DNA of 44,589 nucleotides from Candidatus Poribacteria bacterium (GCA_007571355.1 RKRO01000509.1:1-44589); one strand, 5' to 3'; shown: positions 38,104-44,589, counted from the stretch's first letter. Made by a program: numbers and translations. Notes: generated by a model from the letters alone, not told the origin.

Positions 38104-39093
38104 ATGGAAGGTATTGTCATAAAAGCAAGAGGTGGTGCCTACGAAGTACAGGTTGGTAACCGTTGCTATATCTGTACTGTACGGCACCACTTGATTGAAG
38201 AAGAGAAGCGTCGTCTCGATGAAACGAAAGAGATGCCTTATGTCGATTTAATTGCAGTCGGCGACCGGGTCCGTATTTCGACACAGGTACCTGCTGAGGC
38301 TAACGGTTACATTGAGGAACGTCTCCCGCGTGAAACGCAGTTCGGACGTATACGCATGGACGGTTGGCGGCAGGTCATCGTTACTAATTTAGAGATGCTA
38401 CTTATCATCTTTGCCGCCCGGCACCCGACACTCAAACTGCGGATGCTTGATAGATTCCTCGTCACTGCTGAGGCTTCGGATGTAGAACCCGTTATCTGTA
38501 TCAACAAAATCGATTTGGCAAAATTGGAGAACGTACAGCGCGAACTTAAATTATATGAAGAATTAGGCTATAAGGTAGTTTATACAAGTATTGTAACTGG
38601 ACTCGGTGTTGCTGAGTTAAGAGAAACAATGCGAGATAGGATTTCTGCAATTGTTGGTTCGTCGGGTGTCGGGAAATCCTCTCTGCTTAATGCACTACAA
38701 CCCGGACTCCGATTACGCGTCGGTGAAGTAGATGAACGAATCCACAAAGGGCGGCATACAACAACAGAAGTTATGCTGCTACCGCTTGAATTTGGCGGTT
38801 TTGTCGCAGATACGCCCGGCATCCGGACGCTTGGGCTGCTTGAAGTTGATGACGAACAGGGGTTAGATATCCATTTTCCTGAGATGCGCCCCTATATCCC
38901 GGAGTGTAAATTCGCTGCATGTACGCACCAGCATGAACCTGCATGTGCGGTCAAAATGGCAGTTGAAACCGGTAACATCAATCCACTCCGGTATGAGAGT
39001 TATCTTCGGATTTCTGGATTTAAGGAAGGGAGATATGAACGAAACTCAGATAAGCGAAGAGCGGACCGAAACACGCGAAGACGCAAACGCTGA
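38104..39093 (+). CDS. rsgA: ribosome small-subunit-dependent GTPase A
   Basis: 329 aa. Circularly permuted GTPase motifs (INKIDL, then GSSGVGKSSLLNAL, then DTPGIR) and a C-terminal zinc cluster CKFAACTHQHEPACAV. Basic tail. Confidence 0.9.
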   Translation: MEGIVIKARGGAYEVQVGNRCYICTVRHHLIEEEKRRLDETKEMPYVDLIAVGDRVRISTQVPAEANGYIEERLPRETQFGRIRMDGWRQVIVTNLEMLLIIFAARHPTLKLRMLDRFLVTAEASDVEPVICINKIDLAKLENVQRELKLYEELGYKVVYTSIVTGLGVAELRETMRDRISAIVGSSGVGKSSLLNALQPGLRLRVGEVDERIHKGRHTTTEVMLLPLEFGGFVADTPGIRTLGLLEVDDEQGLDIHFPEMRPYIPECKFAACTHQHEPACAVKMAVETGNINPLRYESYLRISGFKEGRYERNSDKRRADRNTRRRKR

Positions 39094-39865
39094 CCTTCAG
39101 AAGTGGGCGGATGCTATTAACAACTTACTCCGCATTATTGAGAGGAGTGAACGGAAACTCGGATACTTTCAGAATAGAGTGAAACAGGCGAAATTCATGG
39201 ATCGCCCGAATCAACGTAAGATTCGCACGGCTGGTGCGCAAGTTGGGGCGCATTCGGCACAACTTGAGGGTTTGCGCAGTGAATTGCGACAATTGGAACG
39301 CCTCTACAGCGGTGGCATCCACCTCCGGCAAACCACGGAGAACGAACTTCGCCAAATTTGGGGCTGGATCAACCGACCCGGCATCAGGAACCTGCTTTAT
39401 GCTGCGCGGGTCTCATTTGAAACATTTCTCGACGATTGGCACCGTTGGGCAGCCGACGCGGAAACACTGCCGCTCGCTATTGAAATCCGAACGACCCGTT
39501 TCCTTATCGGGTTTACCCTTCTTAAACGCGACATGGACACTGTTACGATTAGGTTCGTTATCATTCGACCAGACTATCGCGCTCGCGGCTACGGCACGGA
39601 CACACTCGTTGAGACTGTCCGATATGCCTTTGAGGTACTAGGTGCTGCGCACATTACCTTAGAAGTCTTGGCAGACAATGGACCTGCACTTACCTGTTTT
39701 GAAAATGCAGGATTCCAATATCTCAGTTACACCGATACAGCAGGACAGGTATACACGATGGGGATTGAGCACAGCGAATGGGTCGGTGATAGAGTGGTAG
39801 ATGAACAGAATATTATGCCACAGTTGAGTGCCCCGCTCAAATTGTTCTTTGATTCCGATGAGTGA
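39035..39865 (+). CDS. GNAT-family N-acetyltransferase with an approximately 110-aa coiled-coil N-terminal domain
   Basis: ATG 39035 follows GGAAGGGAG. The GNAT motif A is FVIIRPDYRARGYGTDTLVETV. It overlaps the rsgA 3' end by 59 nt. Confidence 0.7.
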   Translation: MNETQISEERTETREDANADLQKWADAINNLLRIIERSERKLGYFQNRVKQAKFMDRPNQRKIRTAGAQVGAHSAQLEGLRSELRQLERLYSGGIHLRQTTENELRQIWGWINRPGIRNLLYAARVSFETFLDDWHRWAADAETLPLAIEIRTTRFLIGFTLLKRDMDTVTIRFVIIRPDYRARGYGTDTLVETVRYAFEVLGAAHITLEVLADNGPALTCFENAGFQYLSYTDTAGQVYTMGIEHSEWVGDRVVDEQNIMPQLSAPLKLFFDSDE

Positions 39866-39889
39866 TCTTCTCATAAAATTGTAATGTAT

Positions 39890-39928
39890 AAGGGACAGAA
39901 GTGACACGTTTCTGTTCCTTATTTTTTT
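39890..39928 (+). terminator. rho-independent terminator after the GNAT gene
   Basis: Stem AAGGGACAGAA/TTCTGTTCCTT (11 bp, one G.U pair), 9-nt loop, then ATTTTTTT. Confidence 0.8.
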
Positions 39929-40032
39929 GTAGAATGACTTGTAGATTAGGGTTTGCCCATTTCGTTTGCCTAATTCTATAAACATTCTTGCTTTCAAGAG
40001 CGGTGGGGTTGTTTCCGAATCCAACGCATCAC

Positions 40033-40398
40033 CTACAGAGACAAAGTGTGTCGTGGTGCCACCTGTTGTCTCAATAATCGCTTTGGGGGCATCTTCGAAT
40101 CACGAGGGAAGATCGGACCAAGCAGGCGACACAATTCAAGAGGAACAGACGGGGGCCAGCCGAGCGGACAGAATAGGTTGTTGTCTATGATGGTGCGGTA
40201 GAAGTCGCTTGGTTGGAGCGCGTGTCCGGTGTCTGCCCCCGGTGCTGCTGTTGGACGCACTGCCTCGCTCTGAACACCCGTGACAGGCACGGCGGCCTCC
40301 ACCTTCGCATTCAAAGAACGATACACACCGATAACAATGAGTATGAGAAACGCGCCCGCTATCACAAGACAACAGGCACGTCGGTTGAAATGTAACAC
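40033..40398 (-). CDS. hypothetical single-pass membrane protein (last gene of the envelope operon)
   Basis: 121-aa ORF with a GTG start and weak SD. One TM helix (CCLVIAGAFLILIVIGVY). FYRTIIDNNLF loosely resembles the motif after the TM helix of GspC/PilP-type proteins. Confidence 0.4.
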   Translation of the reverse strand: MLHFNRRACCLVIAGAFLILIVIGVYRSLNAKVEAAVPVTGVQSEAVRPTAAPGADTGHALQPSDFYRTIIDNNLFCPLGWPPSVPLELCRLLGPIFPRDSKMPPKRLLRQQVAPRHTLSL

Positions 40399-40422
40399 TT
40401 TTTTTCCCGAGTGCTGCCAACA

Positions 40423-41484
40423 TTACTCTGAAGAATGCCAACCATCCGGACTTGATGAGCAATCGCCCCATTCACTTGTGCAGATGTGGTAGGTCACACC
40501 GCAGTGGATACAGGTCACATCATCCGGATACCAACAGTAGTCCTCTGGACAGCCATCCTCATCCCCTTCATCGGGCGGATCGTTTTCGTCCTCGTCCTCA
40601 TCATCCTCATCATCGTCCTCATCACAAGACGAACACCCCTCCGTGCAATAACTACAATCGGGCGTGTTGTCTACAGGATCACTCGGACTGCTGCCCGAAC
40701 CACAGGAATCGGGATGCCCAGAACACGCATAAACCGACGCTTGATTGCAACTCGAACAGGTCGCCAGTAACGCATGACTCGACGGAACACCATAACAATT
40801 CCAATACGTACCGCCCTCTTGACAATACATATTCGGACAGGTCACATAATGGGCTGTCGGTGAGGAAACTCCGGTTTGTTTGCAAAGACTACAAACGTTC
40901 GTTTCTTTCACTTCCCATGACCCTGAATCGCTTGTCGTATGTGTATACGAGGGATCCGACGTGTCATTATGGACAATCCAGTCTCCTCCTGACCATCTGG
41001 CGAGTTTTCTAACGGCTTGACCGCTCGCGCTCCAATTGTAAGTGCCAACATCATCGGACCAATCGGAAACGTTATTAACAGTGAACGAGAAGTCGTCGTT
41101 TTCTGCCGTATCGTACATCGGAACCCCCAGCGGATATAAGATCCCCATGTAGCCAATCTCCTCTGTCGGTGCCTCCCCATACTGGGGGTCTGCCATGTGA
41201 TTCTCGCCGTTGATCGTGATGGATGTGATTTTGAAATCTATCCAACCGAGTCCCATTGCCGTTCCACTTATCGTCATCGTAACGGGATCGGGGTGTGCGG
41301 GTTCCACGGTGTGGTTTTCATGGATATAATACGTATACGTCCCTGATGCATTTGACGATATCGACGGACCACTACTGATCGCTAAATACGGATCGGGTGC
41401 ACCGATGATCGGGATGCCCCAAACATAGAGACCTACGCAAAGAAATACGAAAAAGAGCGTGCACAGTAAAATCAATGTTTTCAT
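40423..41484 (-). CDS. secreted Cys-rich, highly acidic protein of unknown function
   Basis: 353-aa ORF. GGAGG lies 6 nt upstream of ATG 41484. Signal peptide present. The C-terminal 150 aa has 27 Cys, including CSLC, CSSC, CSYCTEGCSSC and CIHC, plus an acidic run CDEDDDEDDEDEDENDPPDEGDEDGC. Confidence 0.65.
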   Translation of the reverse strand: MKTLILLCTLFFVFLCVGLYVWGIPIIGAPDPYLAISSGPSISSNASGTYTYYIHENHTVEPAHPDPVTMTISGTAMGLGWIDFKITSITINGENHMADPQYGEAPTEEIGYMGILYPLGVPMYDTAENDDFSFTVNNVSDWSDDVGTYNWSASGQAVRKLARWSGGDWIVHNDTSDPSYTHTTSDSGSWEVKETNVCSLCKQTGVSSPTAHYVTCPNMYCQEGGTYWNCYGVPSSHALLATCSSCNQASVYACSGHPDSCGSGSSPSDPVDNTPDCSYCTEGCSSCDEDDDEDDEDEDENDPPDEGDEDGCPEDYCWYPDDVTCIHCGVTYHICTSEWGDCSSSPDGWHSSE

Positions 41485-41505
41485 TCTAAACCTCCAGAAG
41501 GGTCT

Positions 41506-42345
41506 TTAATCATTCAAGGGTCGGGGTCTTGGAACTTTCCCACCAATGCCCGTGCCAATAAGATGCCCGAGTCCAAAGTCTACAAGGGCTTGATCGAATG
41601 CCTCTCTTGAGCGCTGAGCGACTCTGCTTCGTGCGGCTCTCCCGGATGCAGCGGCTGTAACGAGCGGATACGGCCCTTGGGCAGCGTCTACAATCCGATA
41701 CATTTCAGCGCGGATCTCTTCCAATTCTGCAAATTTCCCTGCTGCATGAAGACCGCGCCGTTGCATTCTCAATTCCTTATATCTTCGCGCTTGCTCGGGG
41801 TTGGGTGCGAATGCGGTAATCGTATGGACTTGGATGTAAGGCTCACCAATCTTGTTGATGACAGGTTCACCATTTGCATCTCGTTTGACAACCCAGGCAT
41901 CATCCCAGATATATTCATAGCCTCTCGGCGGTGGGGGAACACCTGCTTTTTCAAACCACGCCGACATCGCCCGTTTCGCCTCTGCTGGCGAGAATTGCGA
42001 CAGATATTTCGCAAGGAACGACCCCGGACGCGGTGCCAAATCACCTGCATCGTCTGCTGGAGGTGCCGGTGTTGTCTGCGGTGCCTGTGCGGCCGCTACC
42101 TGTTCTTGCGCCCCGTCGTGCCATGTCCCATCCGCATGGGTATGTCCGCCTTGTTGCGCTTCAGGCGTTTCCTGCACAACAGGCGATTCTGTTTTCGGTT
42201 TTTCCGGCGGTTTCGCTAAGGGTTCTACGGGTGTGTATGTCACAATCGGTTCGGGCGGGGGTTGTGTCGCGAGGTAATAAATCCCCACACCTGCAATCGC
42301 CACAAGGAACACCGCGAGCGGTATCCAATACTTTTTGATAAACAT
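41506..42345 (-). CDS. signal-anchored protein with a Pro-rich linker and a His cluster (GGHTHADGTWHDG)
   Basis: 279-aa ORF. AGGAG lies 6 nt upstream of ATG 42345. One N-terminal TM helix. Confidence 0.65.
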   Translation of the reverse strand: MFIKKYWIPLAVFLVAIAGVGIYYLATQPPPEPIVTYTPVEPLAKPPEKPKTESPVVQETPEAQQGGHTHADGTWHDGAQEQVAAAQAPQTTPAPPADDAGDLAPRPGSFLAKYLSQFSPAEAKRAMSAWFEKAGVPPPPRGYEYIWDDAWVVKRDANGEPVINKIGEPYIQVHTITAFAPNPEQARRYKELRMQRRGLHAAGKFAELEEIRAEMYRIVDAAQGPYPLVTAAASGRAARSRVAQRSREAFDQALVDFGLGHLIGTGIGGKVPRPRPLND

Positions 42346-42356
42346 ATTTCGCTCCT

Positions 42357-42641
42357 TTATTTGACAACTTCTGCACCGAACCCCGCATCTGCCAACGCGG
42401 ATATCAGCACATCACTTTTAACGTTACTTTTTACCACAACTTTTCGGTCTAAAACCGAGACCGAGACAATCTCTAACTCACCTTCAAGGTTTTCAAGTGC
42501 AGACCGCACTTTTTCGGCGCAGCCCGGTCAGTCCATCTTTGGGACACCCAACGCTATCACTTCTCGCGTGGGACTGCACCCGATACACAGCACACAGGCG
42601 AGCAAGAACAACACAAACGATATACGGGTTAGGGGTTCCAT
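42357..42641 (-). CDS. HMA (heavy-metal-associated) domain lipoprotein with in-frame TGA at the first Cys of MxCxxC; candidate selenoprotein (UPGC)
   Basis: Manual translation gives MEPLTRISFVLFLLACVLCIGCSPTREVIALGVPKMD[TGA]PGCAEKVRSALENLEGELEIVSVSVLDRKVVVKSNVKSDVLISALADAGFGAEVVK. GGAGG lies 7 nt upstream of ATG 42641. The TGA is at 42530..42528 and the TAA at 42359..42357. It is missed by the ORF track because both halves are under 60 aa. Confidence 0.6.
42495..42511 (-). promoter_or_regulatory. SECIS-like stem-loop downstream of the in-frame TGA
   Basis: The minus strand reads AAGUGC-GGUCU-GCACUU and starts 16 nt after the TGA. As I recall it, the loop and 3' arm (GGUCUGCAC) match the apical E. 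coli fdhF SECIS string. Confidence 0.45.
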
Positions 42642-42835
42642 GCCGGCACCTCCCACATCTCACACGATGCCTGCAATAACGGGCTCACCCGCTCACAATC
42701 GGGCGGTTTCACATCGCGGATGCATGGGGTGCGCGCGGAACACTCGGACATCGCTGCACGTGCGCGGTATGTGAACACCACCGACACGCCGATAACCCCA
42801 CACAACAAAACAATCAAAAACAATGATCGGAACAT
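42629..42835 (-). CDS. small membrane-anchored protein with four Cys
   Basis: 68 aa counted from ATG 42835 (GGAG 8 nt upstream): MFRSLFLIVLLCGVIGVSVVF...SECSARTPC...PDCERV...ASCEMW. The stop overlaps the start of the HMA gene. Confidence 0.55.
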   Translation of the reverse strand: MFRSLFLIVLLCGVIGVSVVFTYRARAAMSECSARTPCIRDVKPPDCERVSPLLQASCEMWEVPAWNP

Positions 42836-42963
42836 CGATGCACTCCTAAAACGGTTGAGCCCAGCTGTCGGAGGTATGCAACAGCGAAAAAGAAGACGCG
42901 GCAATTCTCCGTCAGTGAACTACAGTCCTATAGCATATAACAAAAACGGCTGTCGTGCAACAC

Positions 42964-43012
42964 AAAAAACCCGCTATGCAGTGCCTTGTCTGTGACAAAG
43001 GCAGCACGCGGG
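42964..43012 (-). terminator. terminator-like compound hairpin with U6 inside the operon leader
   Basis: The minus strand reads CCCGC-GTGC-TGCCTTTGTC-ACA-GACAAGGCA-CTGCATA-GCGGG followed by TTTTTT. It lies about 130 nt upstream of the first CDS. Confidence 0.45.
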
Positions 43013-43073
43013 AACGAAAGGTTTCCAGAACTATACGAACCTTGTGAAGTAAAATACTTAACGCGTGTGAAGT

Positions 43074-43083
43074 GGGGGGGGGG
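43074..43083. repeat. G10/C10 homopolymer tract in the leader
   Basis: Ten consecutive G on the plus strand. Three overlapping short minus-strand ORFs cross it. Confidence 0.95.
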
Positions 43084-43290
43084 CCAAGGGCCACAACAAA
43101 ACAGGAGCAGACACGCTACACTCAGTAGACGCAAAAATACCTACCAACGCACTTATGCAAACTTCTCCTGAAGAACCCAAAAATCTGATGCCCATTACTA
43201 CCACTCCATTAATATCGACCTCAGTTGTATATCGGGGTTACAAACCCCTCCTACAAGCGTTTCTCGGAAAGATAGAAACTTATGGAATTA

Positions 43291-43319
43291 ATTATACCCA
43301 CGCAAAAGGGGTTTGTCAA
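43291..43319 (-). promoter_or_regulatory. perfect consensus sigma-70 promoter (TTGACA-17-TATAAT) driving the envelope operon
   Basis: On the minus strand, TTGACA is at 43319..43314 and TATAAT at 43296..43291. Confidence 0.65.
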
Positions 43320-43556
43320 GTTTAAAATTTAAAAAAGCGTTTTTTTGGGGATTCATGTTTTACACAAAAATTATTCTCGATTATTTATCAAATTCACGCC
43401 GTTTTTTGCACTTGATAAATAATTTTCTCATTTTTTTCGCAAAAACGTGCAAAAGTGCATCCGAAAATGTGTTTAAGTGAATCATTGTCATTTTTTAATG
43501 GCGATGATATCCTAATACCGTTTTATCGCGGTAGAGAGAAAAAGGAGGAAATTGTT

Positions 43557-43589
43557 ATGTTAGCAAACCAGAGGAGGTGTGACACTTAG
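43557..43589 (+). CDS. possible 10-codon leader peptide (MLANQRRCDT)
   Basis: AAGGAGG lies 7 nt upstream of the ATG. Tandem AGG AGG Arg codons. The stop falls inside the first palindromic element. Confidence 0.3.
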   Translation: MLANQRRCDT

Positions 43590-43624
43590 TGTTACGCCCT
43601 TGTGGTGTGACACAAGTGTCACAC
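43577..43624 (+). promoter_or_regulatory. paired GTGTGACAC-type palindromic elements (operator or alternative RNA hairpins)
   Basis: GTGTGACAC-TTA-GTGTTAC at 43577..43595 (imperfect) and GTGTGACAC-AA-GTGTCACAC at 43605..43624 (perfect 9+2+9). Confidence 0.5.
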
Positions 43625-43632
43625 GCTTTGGA

Positions 43633-43671
43633 AAGGGGCGGGGGGCTGAAACCCCTCTGTCCCTTATTTTT
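43633..43671 (+). terminator. strong rho-independent terminator/attenuator
   Basis: 13-bp stem AAGGGGCGGGGGG / CCCCTC(T)GTCCCTT, loop CTGAAA, then ATTTTT. Confidence 0.75.
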
Positions 43672-43739
43672 GATAGGTGCCGTTTTTTTACCCTGAAAAC
43701 AGCATCCGCCAAATTTTCATGGCATATTTTTCTATCTTT

Positions 43740-43748
43740 TGGTATACT
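43740..43748 (+). promoter_or_regulatory. extended -10 promoter candidate (TGGTATACT)
   Basis: TGn plus TATACT, with no good -35 box. It is followed immediately by the palindrome TACACTT-AGAA-AAGTGTA at 43755..43772. Confidence 0.35.
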
Positions 43749-43847
43749 ATCCGGTACACTTAGAAAAGTGTAATCTTTGCCAACATGTTGTTAATTTTTC
43801 AATCCTGCTAAACTACAAACAGAGACAAAAAGGAGGAGGTACCTATT

Positions 43848-43931
43848 ATGCTACGTTTGAACCACGCTACACTTCATCTAAAGACATGCAGTCCACGGCG
43901 ATGGTGCCTCTGCCCGTTATCGACGATTTGA
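43848..43931 (+). CDS. possible 27-aa Cys-containing peptide (MLRLNHATLHLKTCSPRRWCLCPLSTI)
   Basis: Strong SD AAGGAGGAGG 8 nt upstream of the ATG. No other support. Confidence 0.3.
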   Translation: MLRLNHATLHLKTCSPRRWCLCPLSTI

Positions 43932-43981
43932 TTGAAATGGCATAGGCACAGTCGCCTCACACGTGAGGAGTCGCTCTATCT

Positions 43982-44356
43982 ATGCCCAAATTTAATCCTG
44001 AATTTTGGGAAATTCCGGTACCCCCGGAATATTTCGATCAGTTTACGACAGAAGATTATCTTTGGTATCGAGCACCTGATGACGGATATACCATAGCCCG
44101 TCGTCTCAAACGTCAAGCGGTCTTAGAACAAATTCATCAGATTATCGCAAACGACCTAACCCACCGCCAAGCCGAGTGCGTCCAACTTTACTTCTACCAA
44201 GGCAAGACCCAAGAAGAGATTGGCTATATTCTTGGCATCTCCCGGCGTGTTGTGAGCCAACACCTCTTCGGTATCACACGAAACGGGAAACAGATAGGCG
44301 GCGCGATTAACAAGATCCGCAAGATGTGCCGAAAACAGGGAATAGAATTTCCTTAG
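43982..44356 (+). CDS. stand-alone sigma-70 region-4-like HTH protein
   Basis: 124-aa ORF. The C-terminal LTHRQAECVQLYFYQGKTQEEIGYILGISRRVVSQHL matches the sigma-4 HTH pattern. No region 2 is present. The GAGGAG SD lies in the hairpin CCTCA-CACG-TGAGG (43955..43968). Confidence 0.65.
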   Translation: MPKFNPEFWEIPVPPEYFDQFTTEDYLWYRAPDDGYTIARRLKRQAVLEQIHQIIANDLTHRQAECVQLYFYQGKTQEEIGYILGISRRVVSQHLFGITRNGKQIGGAINKIRKMCRKQGIEFP

Positions 44357-44563
44357 TGCTAAAGAGTCAATTTATCTATAAACGCTACAAGTGCAATTCA
44401 ACGCGAGAGGAACCTTCAACGGTTACTTCTCGCTTGAAAGCACTTCTGTCCCACCCACAAAATAAAATCATCTAACCGCCAAAACATACCTTGCCAAAAA
44501 GGGATATTTCGTGATATTGTAACCTATATCATATTTGGTATTTCTGCCGAAAAGGGGAACACT

Positions 44564-44589
44564 ATGGCGGTTCAGATTGCAATTATCGG
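44564..44589 (+). CDS. 5' end of a gene truncated by the window edge (MAVQIAII.., possibly a Rossmann-fold N-terminus)
   Basis: The ATG is preceded by AAGGGGA. Only 8 codons are visible. Confidence 0.3.

Noticed and set aside
39659-40024. The 121-aa minus-strand ORF overlapping the end of the GNAT gene and the terminator.
   Set aside because: It overlaps a well-supported plus-strand CDS and runs through a rho-independent terminator. Its composition is AT-rich noise.
40136-40471. The 111-aa alternative-frame ORF at the end of the envelope operon.
   Set aside because: It is Arg/Ser/Cys-rich with no TM helix or SD, and it overlaps the stop of the 353-aa gene. The 121-aa frame, which has a TM helix, is more protein-like, though itself weak.
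43579-43773. The 64-aa plus-strand ORF starting at GTG 43579.
   Set aside because: It runs straight through the palindromes and the strong terminator at 43633..43671. Its apparent SD is only 1 nt from the GTG.

Overview
Bacterial chromosomal window, probably from an uncultured lineage. I cannot assign a phylum from sequence alone. The core (8880..28472, minus strand) is a complete str-S10-spc-alpha ribosomal supercluster: rpsL-rpsG-fusA-tuf-rpsJ-rplCDWB-rpsS-rplV-rpsC-rplP-rpmC-rpsQ-rplNXE-rpsN-rpsH-rplFR-rpsE-rplO-secY-rpmJ-rpsMKD-rpoA-rplQ. It lacks rpmD, adk, map and infA, and its intergenic spacers are unusually long. The left flank (1..8845) holds envelope genes: a LamG protein, a membrane multihaem cytochrome, a disrupted STT3/PglB-like oligosaccharyltransferase, an ECF sigma factor with two sigma-4 domains, a Cys/Asp-repeat membrane protein, and a Tyr-rich lipoprotein next to an outer-membrane barrel. 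The right flank carries a housekeeping minus-strand operon (SMP-30-like, dut, thyA, folA, ThuA-like, NagA-like), tRNA-Arg(CCG), a low-complexity protein pair, an EamA transporter, a PhyH dioxygenase, infA and rsgA plus a GNAT gene. The most interesting region is 40033..44356. A consensus sigma-70 promoter and a long structured leader drive a five-gene envelope operon. That operon includes a gene missing from the ORF track: an HMA (heavy-metal-associated) lipoprotein with an in-frame TGA exactly at the first Cys of the MxCxxC motif, followed by an fdhF-like SECIS hairpin, so it is a candidate selenoprotein. Divergent from this operon is an attenuator-like leader (mini-ORF, palindromes, terminator) upstream of a sigma-4-only HTH protein. 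I saw no CRISPR array, transposase or integrase.
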